From: a virus
Length of the DNA: 64,000 nt
Reading direction: 5' to 3' (one strand)
Virus record (IMG/VR): IMGVR_UViG_3300043410_001242
This document shows positions 53,231 through 63,175 of the stretch, in pieces. A program made the position numbers and the translations under genes. Each line of letters begins with the position of its first letter. Within the stretch, counting starts at the first letter, position 1. The notes under the pieces are model-generated. The model made no database searches. It saw only the letters and a program-made list of their open reading frames with translations, and had not been told where the DNA came from.

Positions 53231-56100
53231 TGATGAAAGTTAAGACAAAGACAGCGAAAGAAATGGTACTGGTATCCGAATGGTTAACTCGGTTTGGTAT
53301 CAATTACACTATTAAAGGGTTCACTATTCAATTCTCTGATATTGAATATCATCATTGGTTGATTATTAAATCAGCCGTGAGATTGAATACTGATTCTGTT
53401 ATTGACCATTTGGAGATTGAATAAAATGAAAGTTTATATTGTAGTATATCGTTATTGGGATGATTCTGAAGTGATTGGCGTATTTACTTCGGCAGATATT
53501 GCAGAGAAGTATATCGAGCAGTCTATTCTTACCTGTTTTGGTAAGAAGGCAGATATTAGTAAGTATCGTGATTGTTATTCGGTTTCTATTGAAGATGTTA
53601 TTGCGGAGTAGTGGTGAATATTATGAAAGATTATAAAGAAATGTCTGAATCTGAATTGGTATCTGAATATAAGGATATTTGTGAAGAATTGGAAGAATGT
53701 GAGTTTGGTTCTTATTCCTACGATGTTTTGAATATGGAATTACAGTATATTCACAGCGTATTATCTGAAAGAGGTTTATAATGTGTGAATGTAATTATGT
53801 TTATTGTGTAATGGAATCTTCATACCCTGCACCTATGGGATTGAGGGTATTCTCTACCTATGCAAAGGCAGATGCATTTAGAAAGGTATTGATGGAAAAG
53901 TATCCTAATTATTCTAATTTTTATGTTGAAAGTATTGAGGTTGATGAATAATGAAAATCAAATATAGAGTTCGTTGTAAGGGTTTAAGGTGGTATGCGAC
54001 ATTTAATACCTTATCAGAAGCAGAAAATCATGCTAAAACCGCATGGGAATTTAAGGATAGTCCCAATAACTATATTGAAGTGATTATAACTGCAAAAGTT
54101 TAATTGGATTTGGAGTTCATATTATGAAAGGTTATATTGTATATCATTATGCAGAGAATTCTCAAGAATGGATGAATGAGTTATTCAAAGAGAATAAGTT
54201 TCCGGTATTTGATTTTGTATCTGACGATAGAGTATTAGCCATGGAGAAACATACCGAATTAGGTGGTATGGATAAGGGTTATTATATTGCACAAGTATCT
54301 GAAATGGTAATGGGAGAATGAATAATGTGGTTTTATATAACGTATTGGTCGAATCTTGATAAATGTTATGGTGAAGATACTATATGGGCAGATTCTTCTG
54401 AATCAGCAAAGAGTATATTCTTTGAATCTCTCGCAAATCATGATTGTGAAATAGTATCCGTGGAGATTGAATAATGGAAGATGAATATAAAAAGTTTATT
54501 AAGGTTGAAGAAGTGGTTGAGCATACACTTGAAATTGATATTGATGAATATGATGATCCCTGTCCTGATTGTGGTAAGCAATTAAAAATGTCCAATTCTG
54601 GTGGTGTATATTGTTCTTGTGGGTATTGGTTCTGTTATTAGAGGGGTGAATTATGACTAATGAAGTAATGATTGCCTCAGTAATGGGGTTTGTGTTGATT
54701 ATAATGGCGTATTACATTATTACAATTTAATTATGAAAGTATATAATGATTTATATTATGTAAAAGAATTGGAGATTGAATAATGAATAAAGTATTAGAT
54801 TTATATTGGAGTGATATGTATAATGAAATCAAGAATGGTAATATATCACCTGATGAATTTCATCAATGGTTATGGGATATATCAGATCAATCCTATCGGA
54901 ATGGTTATAATGATAGTGACCGCGTGAATACTGGTGGTGTATAATGAAAGTTTATATTATTATTGAAACTGGTACTCATGGTCGTGATTGTATCTATGGA
55001 GTATTTGCGTCTAGAGAATCAGCATCTAATTGGATTGATAATCAACCTTGGTTATCTGAAGTAGATAAAGAGTTTCTTATTATTATTGAAGAAGAATTGA
55101 GGGTTGAATAATGAAAAAGACATATATCATATATTGGAATTTTGATGGACGGATAGTTCAAAATCGTGAGAAATGTACCTATGAAGAATTAAAAAAACAT
55201 ATCCATAAAACGATAACTGAATATAAAGCAAATATAGAATATGTGGAAGAAATTATAGAATCGCGGGCCCGAATTGATATAGATGGAAAAGAACCGAAAA
55301 CCTTTATTGGTCCGAAGTCAGACAAAAAGTCGTTATTGGAAATGATTGAGGCAATACCTAGACGCATTGAGCCATTAGGCGGTCAGAGATTCAGCTACGT
55401 CAAACTTGCAGAAGTAATTGACACCATAAAGGACTATTATGGAGTATTGTAAGATAATGGTAGAAATGCAGAATCGCGTATTAGATTTATATTGGAGTGA
55501 TATGTATAATGAAATCATCAAGGGTAATGTATCACCGGATGAATTTCATCAATGGTTATGGGATATATCGGAACAATCATATCGGGATGGTTATAATGAT
55601 AGTGACCGTGTGAATACTGGTATTGTTGGAGAACCGCAATAATGGAAAATGATTATAATAAGTTTATTAGGGAAATATCAGACGAATACCTATTCAAATC
55701 TGATATTGATGATGTTGAGGAGTTTATTGAAACCAAGGATTTTGAATCGTTTGGTGTAGAATATGAAACCGTGGTATTTGATGTTACCATGTTTATATTA
55801 GAGCAAGATTATGAGTGGGATGAATAATGAATAATAGAGATAGTGTAGTCCAATTGAGAGAGATTATAGAATGGATTAAGGAGATTGATACAGGGAATGA
55901 AAACTATAATTATAAACTGTTGAAAGTCCAGCAGTTTATAGAAGATATTGTTATTGATATGGTATATGATAAACTGGATAATGGGAGTGAATAATGAATA
56001 ATTGTGGTGAATCCATATTCGTTTTTATTCTATTCACTCTATTTGTATTGGGTACATGGAAAGCATTTGAGATTATTATTTGGTTATTTCAACACGTTAG
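53230..56100 (+). other. train of ~18 translationally coupled micro-ORFs (about 25-115 aa)
   Basis: repeated GGAG/GAGG..GAATAATG stop-start junctions; includes 53230, 53426, 54124, 55111, 55439, 55642 ORFs. Confidence 0.65.
54792..55621 (+). repeat. 144-bp direct repeat (54792-54935 and 55478-55621), duplicated micro-gene
   Basis: both encode VLDLYWSDMYNEI..G...PDEFHQWLWDIS.QSYR.GYNDSDRVNTG. Confidence 0.9.
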
Positions 56101-56244
56101 GATAGTATAATGTTATATCTTATTAGTGTTGATAATGATGGTCTGATATATTCTGGTGGTGATACACCAGAGGATGCCATTAAGGCTGTTGAGTTTTTTC
56201 TTGGTGAAGGCAGGCAATATACGGTCCTGCACCAAATCGACCTT

Positions 56245-56420
56245 TAAGAATCAACCACTTACAACACACAATCCTCCCCTCCTGCATCCTTCCCACCTGC
56301 CCTGGTGTTCACCGTCACGGACACAACCAGGGCGCCTCTCGATTGTTCACTCCTAAGAAGCGCATTGTTTCACGGCCGCTGGCTTGACTTCCTCACTGGT
56401 TCTGATACAATCTTTCCATA
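56245..56420 (+). repeat. long early-promoter repeat with IHF-consensus site, copy 1
   Basis: AATCAACCACTTA 56249, C/T tract, GCCCTGG 56299, ATTGTTTCACGG, TTGACT 56384-16-TACAAT. Confidence 0.75.
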
Positions 56421-56586
56421 GTCAGAGAGAAATTGAATTAGGAGTTAAATTATGAAAGTCAATAAACAATATATGGTCGGTTACAATAACGGGTTTTGGA
56501 TGGAATTCAAAGTCTCATTATCCCTTGTGGTTATGTTTCTGACCTTTCTTACCCTTTTCGCGAATTAATTAATAGGAGAATATATC

Positions 56587-57003
56587 ATGGCTTATATGAA
56601 TCAAAACCTCAAAGCAGAATTGGCACCTGGTATCAAGGCTGTATTAAAGAAATATGGCATGAAAGGTAGTATTGCTGTCCGTCACCATATGTCCCTGGTT
56701 GTCAATATCAAGAGTGGTAAACTGGATATCATGCAAAACTGGTATGATAAAGTAACCGAAAATGGTACTGTCAACCAGTATGGTGACAATATCAGAAAGC
56801 CTGAATACCTTGATGTTAATCAGTATTGGATCGAAGATGGTTATACTGGTATTGTCAAGGACTTCATTAATGAACTATATGCCGCCATGAAAGGTGATAA
56901 ATGGTTCGATAAATCAGATATTCAATCAGACTATTTCCATACCGCATACTATATGGATATTCATGTTGGGAATTGGAATAAACCGTATATCTTTGAGGGT
57001 TAA
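56587..57003 (+). CDS. conserved phage early protein
   Basis: MAYMNQ..K...AP.IKAVLKKYG.KG, DKSDIQSDYFH.AYY, VG.WNKPY. Confidence 0.7.
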   Translation: MAYMNQNLKAELAPGIKAVLKKYGMKGSIAVRHHMSLVVNIKSGKLDIMQNWYDKVTENGTVNQYGDNIRKPEYLDVNQYWIEDGYTGIVKDFINELYAAMKGDKWFDKSDIQSDYFHTAYYMDIHVGNWNKPYIFEG

Positions 57004-57295
57004 TAATGGATACTAGAGTTAAATTTAGTGAAGTGTCTATTGGAGAGATATTCTTTGATGAAGTATCTGGAGAGTATTGGAGAAAAGACAATCTCACGAC
57101 TGCCAGTATTATGTCTGGCCATTATGATGGTACTGATATTTTTCAAATTGATGAATATGTTATTGTAGAGGTTGAATAGTATGTGTGAAGATTATGATGT
57201 ATATCAGTATGATGAGTATTATTGGGATAGTATTCCATATGATGATATTTACGATACTGCCGAAGAAATTGATTTAAAGGATTGGGATGAATAAA

Positions 57296-57544
57296 ATGAA
57301 AAAATATAGTAAGAAAGAACAATATAATATTCTCTGCCAGTCGGCAATACTGGTTAATGATGAAGGATCATTTCGTATTGATTATGTACCCGAGTATGAT
57401 GTTTTATTAAATGGTGATGATTCTATTGTATTGAGTAATGAATCAGATGGTGAAGATTATTATTATGATCTTGATGAAATTGATTTAAATGATCCATCTA
57501 CCAATACCTATAGACTGGTATTATCTAACCCTATTGTGGAGTAA
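57296..57544 (+). CDS. acidic hypothetical protein
   Basis: coupled junction GGGATGAATAAAATG. Confidence 0.5.
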   Translation: MKKYSKKEQYNILCQSAILVNDEGSFRIDYVPEYDVLLNGDDSIVLSNESDGEDYYYDLDEIDLNDPSTNTYRLVLSNPIVE

Positions 57545-57797
57545 CCATGGATAATGTATTTGTTGTGGTATATGAGTATTTCGATGATTTTGAAGTCTTG
57601 GAAGTATTCAAGACTAGAGCATTAGCAGAATGTTATATTGGGAATTTCCCGCATGATGGTGTATATTATACTGTTGATAATTTCGATATACTAGAAAAGA
57701 AACTTTGGGAGTAATATGTTAGAATTTGATAACCTTCAAATGATGGTGCTCTGGCACTATGATTGGGTGCTACACCTCCACCTGTCATTCTGACAAT

Positions 57798-57985
57798 CCA
57801 GGGCATTTATAAATCAATCACTTATAACACCCAATCCTTTCCTCCTGCATCCTGCCCTGGTTGCACGGCATACACTCACACCGATCCACGGACCACTGTT
57901 AACCAATCTGCTCATCATTGTTTCATGGATTGACAGCAATCCGCGCTTGACATTCGATGGATTTTGTGAGACAATACCACCATGA
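57798..57985 (+). repeat. long early-promoter repeat with IHF-consensus site, copy 2
   Basis: CCAGGGC 57798, AATCAATCACTTA 57812, GCCCTGG 57854, ATTGTTTCATGG, TTGACA 57947-17-GACAAT. Confidence 0.75.
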
Positions 57986-58169
57986 AATCAAGAAACACAA
58001 AGCGAAACGGGTACTTCCAGGTTCTAGTCTATCAAGGCACCGACTGGGTTGATACCAAGAAATATAAAACCATGAACCGTGCTTATGACTTCAAAGCAGT
58101 AAGAGAATCCCTGGGATATACTGTTAAGGTCAAATGGGTTAATTTGGACTGATTATTAGGAGATATATT

Positions 58170-58385
58170 ATGTGGGATTTTAAAGATATGTATATTACTG
58201 CTGATTATTATGGCCATACCGTTACTGGTAAAGTCAGAGATTCTCGCGTAAAACTGGGTGGTACTATTGTCCATTATATTGACTTCGATCAACCACAGCC
58301 GGTGGGTTTTCGTGGAACTATGCGGGATGGTGTAATGGTCGAACACGCTTGGGTTAAAAGGGTAAGAGATAACATTGGAGAATAA
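58170..58385 (+). CDS. hypothetical protein
   Basis: SD AGGAG; V.GKV.DSRVK.GG...H. Confidence 0.6.
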   Translation: MWDFKDMYITADYYGHTVTGKVRDSRVKLGGTIVHYIDFDQPQPVGFRGTMRDGVMVEHAWVKRVRDNIGE

Positions 58386-58532
58386 TTATGTATATTCAAT
58401 TTGATGATGCTATGGGTTTGTGGGCAGTATTAACTGATGATGATCGGTTACTGTCTTATTTCTATAATAAAATGGATGCTGAATCATTTCTTAATGGTAT
58501 GAAGTCATTCATTAATACGGTTGGTGGTTAAT

Positions 58533-58706
58533 ATGAAGAAATATGTATTTGAATATCTCGATGATGAAGGACTATTCGAGGAGTTTCATATAAAGGCTGA
58601 AGACCGAGAAACGGCATGGTTTAAAATCAAAGAATATGCTGGTATTGGTGCCGTTATTCTGGGAGTATATGAGGAGATTTTCAGCGGCGAGTGGTTGGTT
58701 GAGTGA
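58533..58706 (+). CDS. small acidic hypothetical protein
   Basis: ORF in cassette. Confidence 0.5.
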   Translation: MKKYVFEYLDDEGLFEEFHIKAEDRETAWFKIKEYAGIGAVILGVYEEIFSGEWLVE

Positions 58707-58719
58707 TTGTTGCCTCCTG

Positions 58720-58790
58720 GTTAGCAGACTGTTTCATGGATAGAGCTTGCAATCCTCCACGGTTCTGATACAATCCTCCCATAGTTTGAA
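58720..58790 (+). promoter_or_regulatory. early promoter cassette
   Basis: AGCAGACTGTTTCATGG..GCTTGCAA-16-TACAAT, CCCATAGTTTGA. Confidence 0.75.
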
Positions 58791-58987
58791 ACATTGATTG
58801 GAGATTATATTATGAAAAACAGAACTACCGTTAAAACTCGCACCCTTCCCTTCACCGTGGTATACACCGTCGATGGTGTAACCACCAAAAAGAGATTCAC
58901 GGAGGCTGGTGCCGCATGGAGTTTTATGTCCAAGGTCGGCGGACACCTTAACATGGCATTCCGCACCGCTTAATTAGGAGATATATT

Positions 58988-59731
58988 ATGAAACTGTTAT
59001 CCACTGGTAACCCAAAAGTATTAAAAGGTCTGTCTCAAGGGTACAATACCTATATCCTGCACCTTGCACCTGCTGACCTTTCTGGGTATGAAACCTGCGC
59101 CAAACGGACTGCTGGTTGCACCGCCGCCTGCCTTAATACTGCCGGACGTGGCGGTATGTTTAAGACTGGTGAAACCACTAATGTTATCCAGCAGGCTCGT
59201 ATTCGCAAAACTAAACTATTTTTCGAGGATCGGGTTACCTTTATGGCCCAATTGGTCAAAGATATTGAACTTGGTATTAAGCAGTCTCTTAATAAGAATC
59301 TGATTCCAGTATTCCGTCTTAATGGTACTTCAGATATTGCATGGGAAAAGTATTCAGTAACCCGTGATGGTCTGGTATATAAGAATATCTTTGAGGCATT
59401 TCCTAATGTTCGGTTTTACGATTATAGTAAAGTATTGGGTCGTCGCATTAATCATATTCCAAACTACCATATTACCTTCTCTGCCGCTGATGGCAATGGT
59501 TTGGATGTCGTTAAGGCTATTAATGATGGGTATAATGTTGCGGTAGTATTTGGTGGTAAAGTATTACCCACAGAATATCTAGGCCGTCCTGTTATTAATG
59601 CTGATGATAATGACCTGAGATTCCTTGATCCTAAGGGTGTTATCTGCGGACTTGTTGCAAAAGGTAAAGCTAAAAAGGATACTACTGGTTTTGTGAGATA
59701 TCCTTCCTTTGAAATTAAGTCTGCGGCATAA
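58988..59731 (+). CDS. gp88-like Cys-motif (radical-SAM-like) phage protein
   Basis: C......C...CLNTAGRG, RLNGTSDI, FYDYSK, D..DLRFLDP, KGKAKKD..GFV. Confidence 0.75.
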   Translation: MKLLSTGNPKVLKGLSQGYNTYILHLAPADLSGYETCAKRTAGCTAACLNTAGRGGMFKTGETTNVIQQARIRKTKLFFEDRVTFMAQLVKDIELGIKQSLNKNLIPVFRLNGTSDIAWEKYSVTRDGLVYKNIFEAFPNVRFYDYSKVLGRRINHIPNYHITFSAADGNGLDVVKAINDGYNVAVVFGGKVLPTEYLGRPVINADDNDLRFLDPKGVICGLVAKGKAKKDTTGFVRYPSFEIKSAA

Positions 59732-59809
59732 TTATTTTCTAGAAAACCATTATATTTTCACATTTTACGACTAAATAATTAAGTATAGTTTGTAAACTAG
59801 GAGAATATA

Positions 59810-60373
59810 ATGGACTGGAATAATAAAGAACAAGTCAGAGAGTATAACAGACAGTATAGAAAAGAGTGGGAAAAATCACCAAAAGCTATTGAATATCGTA
59901 AAAAGAGAAATGAATTAAAAAAAGAACAAAGAAGATTAGATAAATTAAACAGACCATCTAAAGAGAAAAAGATTATTGATCCTCTTATTAAAAAAGAAAA
60001 GGATCGAATAAAATTTGAAAAGTATTATTGCACCACAAAAGGTCGTGCGGCACATATGCTTGATAATGCAAGAGCTCGAGCCACTAAAAAGAATATTCAA
60101 ATCACTATAACCCAAGATTGGATACAGGAGAAACTCGATAATGGTATCTGTGAAGTATCTGGTTTACCTTTGAATTTTAGTATAAATGGTGGTAAGGGAC
60201 ATAAAGAAAATTCATTTGCTCCATCTATTGATAGAATTAACCAAACTGGTGATTATACACCAGAGAATTGTCGATTAACTTGTTGGATTTTTAATAGAGC
60301 ACGGGGTGCATTCCCTGATGATGATTTTGATATATTACTTGAAGCGTTAATTGAAAGGAAAAAGAATGTCTGA
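59810..60373 (+). CDS. His-Me-finger-like endonuclease
   Basis: CEVSG, PSIDRI....YT.ENC...C...N. Confidence 0.65.
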   Translation: MDWNNKEQVREYNRQYRKEWEKSPKAIEYRKKRNELKKEQRRLDKLNRPSKEKKIIDPLIKKEKDRIKFEKYYCTTKGRAAHMLDNARARATKKNIQITITQDWIQEKLDNGICEVSGLPLNFSINGGKGHKENSFAPSIDRINQTGDYTPENCRLTCWIFNRARGAFPDDDFDILLEALIERKKNV

Positions 60374-61304
60374 ATTAAAAGAATATATTGTATTGTTTCG
60401 GGATGGTACTGAATATCTGGTTGATCCCTGGGGTTTCAGAGCAATGGCTGAAGATTATGCCCATGCCGAGGAACAGTTATTGGATGCTGAACCGGGTGTT
60501 GAGATATTATGGGTCGTTGAAACTGATGATTATAATACTGCATTAGAAGATTATTATAGTAATGGTGAATAGTATGAATATGAGTTATTGTAGGTTTCAG
60601 AATACTGAAATTGATTTGAGGGAATGTGTTAGTGAACTGGAATATGTTGATGATTTGGAATCACTGGAATTGAGTGATGATGAAGCAAGAGCAATGAAAC
60701 GTATGTATACCTTGTGTATTAATTATGTTCATGAATATGAAAGGTTGAATGATATTGACCAAGATATTGCAGGGTAATAATATGGATATAGTAGAAAAAT
60801 CATCAGCAATAGTAAATGATGCATTTGACCGATGGATAATTGATGAGAATCTGGATATATTCAATCAATATAAAGTAATTGGCGCATTGAATACTTGTCT
60901 TAATGATTGTATTGAAAATGGTGATGATTCAACTGCATTTTATAAAGATACTATTAAGGATGATGATATTAATGATGTAATGCATTATATCTCTGACCGT
61001 TGGTTTTGTAGTGGTCGGATACGTTTCATATTGAGGATTATAAATGACAGATAATAGTTTTAAACTGACAGATAATATTACCTATACATTTGAAGAACCA
61101 ATATATCCGGTTGGTGCGATATACTTTATTCAAAAGGGTAAACCAAGACTGTTATACTCACCAAAGGCCGATATAACCAATATTGAATTGTCGAGATTGC
61201 TTCCATTATTTGCCATTGGTATGATGCAATATGGTGGCAATTATGATTTTCGTGGTTATATTGATGAGCATGGGTTAACACGGCATTTTATTGAAACCAA
61301 TTAA
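60366..61304 (+). other. four small hypothetical ORFs (60366, 60562, 60782, 61044)
   Basis: overlapping stop/start junctions; NMSYCRFQNT..DL motif in second. Confidence 0.55.
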
Positions 61305-61313
61305 CGGTGCCAA

Positions 61314-61510
61314 CCAGGGCATCCACGCCATTGTAAATCAACCACTTACCGACTCAATTCCTTCCTCCGTGCGTCCTTCTACCGTGCCCTGGTGTTGACC
61401 TTCACGGACTGAAGGACCACTGCTTCACAAATCGCTCAACATTGTTTCTCGGATGGGTACGATCCAGGGCTTGACTTCCGCCCTGGTTCTGATACAATCC
61501 TCCCATAGTT
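61314..61510 (+). repeat. long early-promoter repeat with IHF-consensus site, copy 3
   Basis: CCAGGGC 61314, AATCAACCACTTA 61336, GCCCTGG 61386, TTGACT 61471-16-TACAAT. Confidence 0.75.
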
Positions 61511-61537
61511 TGAGACAACCACTTAGGAGAATATATT

Positions 61538-61951
61538 ATGGCTACTCGCTCTACCATTTCAATCGAGAATCTTGATGGCTCTATCAATACCATTTATTGC
61601 CATTATGATGGATATATCTCTCATAATGGAGTTATTCTACAAACCAAATATAATGACCGTGAATTGGTCGCCAAACTGATTATGGGTGGTGCCATTTCAA
61701 CCTTGGGTTCTAGTATTTCACCAGTACCGCTGGACTTTGATGAACCGACCGCTTATACCAAGTATTATTCATATCGTGGTGAAATCACCACTATTGATTA
61801 TTATAAGGATTTTGATGATTATGACCAGAATCACCATTATGAGGAATTTGAATATCTTTTTACCAAAGATAATGTTTGGTCAGTATTCTTTCGTGGTGAT
61901 TGGCACGACCTTGAATATGTAATTCAAGAATCAGAAAAAGAGGTAGCATAA
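61538..61951 (+). CDS. conserved phage early protein
   Basis: MATRSTI...IYCHYDGY...G..L...Y. Confidence 0.7.
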   Translation: MATRSTISIENLDGSINTIYCHYDGYISHNGVILQTKYNDRELVAKLIMGGAISTLGSSISPVPLDFDEPTAYTKYYSYRGEITTIDYYKDFDDYDQNHHYEEFEYLFTKDNVWSVFFRGDWHDLEYVIQESEKEVA

Positions 61952-61952
61952 T

Positions 61953-62291
61953 ATGTTCTATACTTATAATCAAAATAACTCTGGTGGTTCATTCCACCAT
62001 GATGATAAGATAACCTTATATGTAATTGTAGAAGCGGATTCACCGGATGAATCTGATACTATTGCAGAAGGTATTGGTATCTATTTCAATGGTTGTGATG
62101 ATGATATTGATTGTCCGTGTTGTGGTGATAGATGGTGTCCCGCATATGATGGAAAGGATGAACCATTAGTATATGGTAAATCACCAGATGAAATGAAAAC
62201 TGATGAATGGGGTTTAATGTGGACCGATCCCGGTGAAGTATATTGTCGAGTATTCTATAAAGATGGTACTATTAAGGAGTATATTAAATGA
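61953..62291 (+). CDS. conserved phage protein with Cys motif
   Basis: FYTYNQNNSGGSF, GIYFNG...DCPCCGDRW. Confidence 0.7.
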   Translation: MFYTYNQNNSGGSFHHDDKITLYVIVEADSPDESDTIAEGIGIYFNGCDDDIDCPCCGDRWCPAYDGKDEPLVYGKSPDEMKTDEWGLMWTDPGEVYCRVFYKDGTIKEYIK

Positions 62292-62405
62292 TTTTTATTG
62301 ATTTTCTTGGTCTTATTATGATGGTATTGGTTATTTGGTTTTATTATCCGGTACTGAAGGCAGAATTCAAGAGTCTACGGAGAAAGTGATTGTTTCGCCG
62401 GACGA

Positions 62406-62474
62406 AGCAGACTGTTTCACGGCCAGGGGCTTGCAATCCTGGCCGGTTCTGATACAATCCTTCCATAGTTTGAA
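62406..62474 (+). promoter_or_regulatory. early promoter cassette
   Basis: AGCAGACTGTTTCACGG..GCTTGCAA-16-TACAAT. Confidence 0.75.
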
Positions 62475-62490
62475 ATTTGGAGATTGTATT

Positions 62491-62685
62491 ATGAAAACTG
62501 AAAACAAAAAATTTTATGTAACCCTTGAATATGTTAGCGGTAGCAATAAATCCTTTGAGTATAGTACCACCCTTGGTCGTGGTTTCGCCTCTTTTGATGC
62601 TGCTCAGCAGTTTGGTGATACCGTAATGGATAACACCAAAGATTGTAATACCCGCGTTGCTAACTTCACTGTCTGTTGGAGATAA
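62491..62685 (+). CDS. hypothetical protein
   Basis: SD GGAG, true start after promoter. Confidence 0.55.
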   Translation: MKTENKKFYVTLEYVSGSNKSFEYSTTLGRGFASFDAAQQFGDTVMDNTKDCNTRVANFTVCWR

Positions 62686-62866
62686 TATATTATGAATACT
62701 TTAGGACTGTTTAGATTTACATTTGAAGATGGTACTACCGAAACCTGTTTCGGTGATGGATTGGCCGATGCCTTTTGGATGTTCGCTGATAAGTTTGGAA
62801 CGGACGATTTGAATGGTTTACTTTCTCTTGAAAGAACCCACACCTTTTAATTATTGAGGTCATATT

Positions 62867-63169
62867 ATGAAAACCAAAAAGTATACCGTATATGCCGACC
62901 CTGGCCATTCATGGGTAAAGGTTAAATTCACCGAATTACTTGACTTGAATATTCACCAGAATATCACACCATATTCATATACCAGAAATGGTCATGTATA
63001 TCTAGAAGAAGATTTGGACGCTGGTGTATTAATTGATGCATTATCTGATAAAGGTATCAAACCATATTGGGTAGTAAAGCATACTAATAAGCAATCAAAG
63101 ATTCGGAGTTATTCTCACTATATTGCTCCGAGAGTATATATTGAAAATTCTTTTAAAATTCAAGGATAA
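62867..63169 (+). CDS. conserved phage protein
   Basis: DPGHSW.KV, I..YSY, YLEED.DA, S.IRSY. Confidence 0.7.
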   Translation: MKTKKYTVYADPGHSWVKVKFTELLDLNIHQNITPYSYTRNGHVYLEEDLDAGVLIDALSDKGIKPYWVVKHTNKQSKIRSYSHYIAPRVYIENSFKIQG

Positions 63170-63175
63170 TATATT

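Noticed and set aside
49800-62480. CRISPR array or IS/MITE interpretation of dispersed repeats
   Set aside because: Repeats are degenerate, kilobases apart, contain -35/-10 boxes and separate genes; no cas or transposase genes, no target-site duplications seen.
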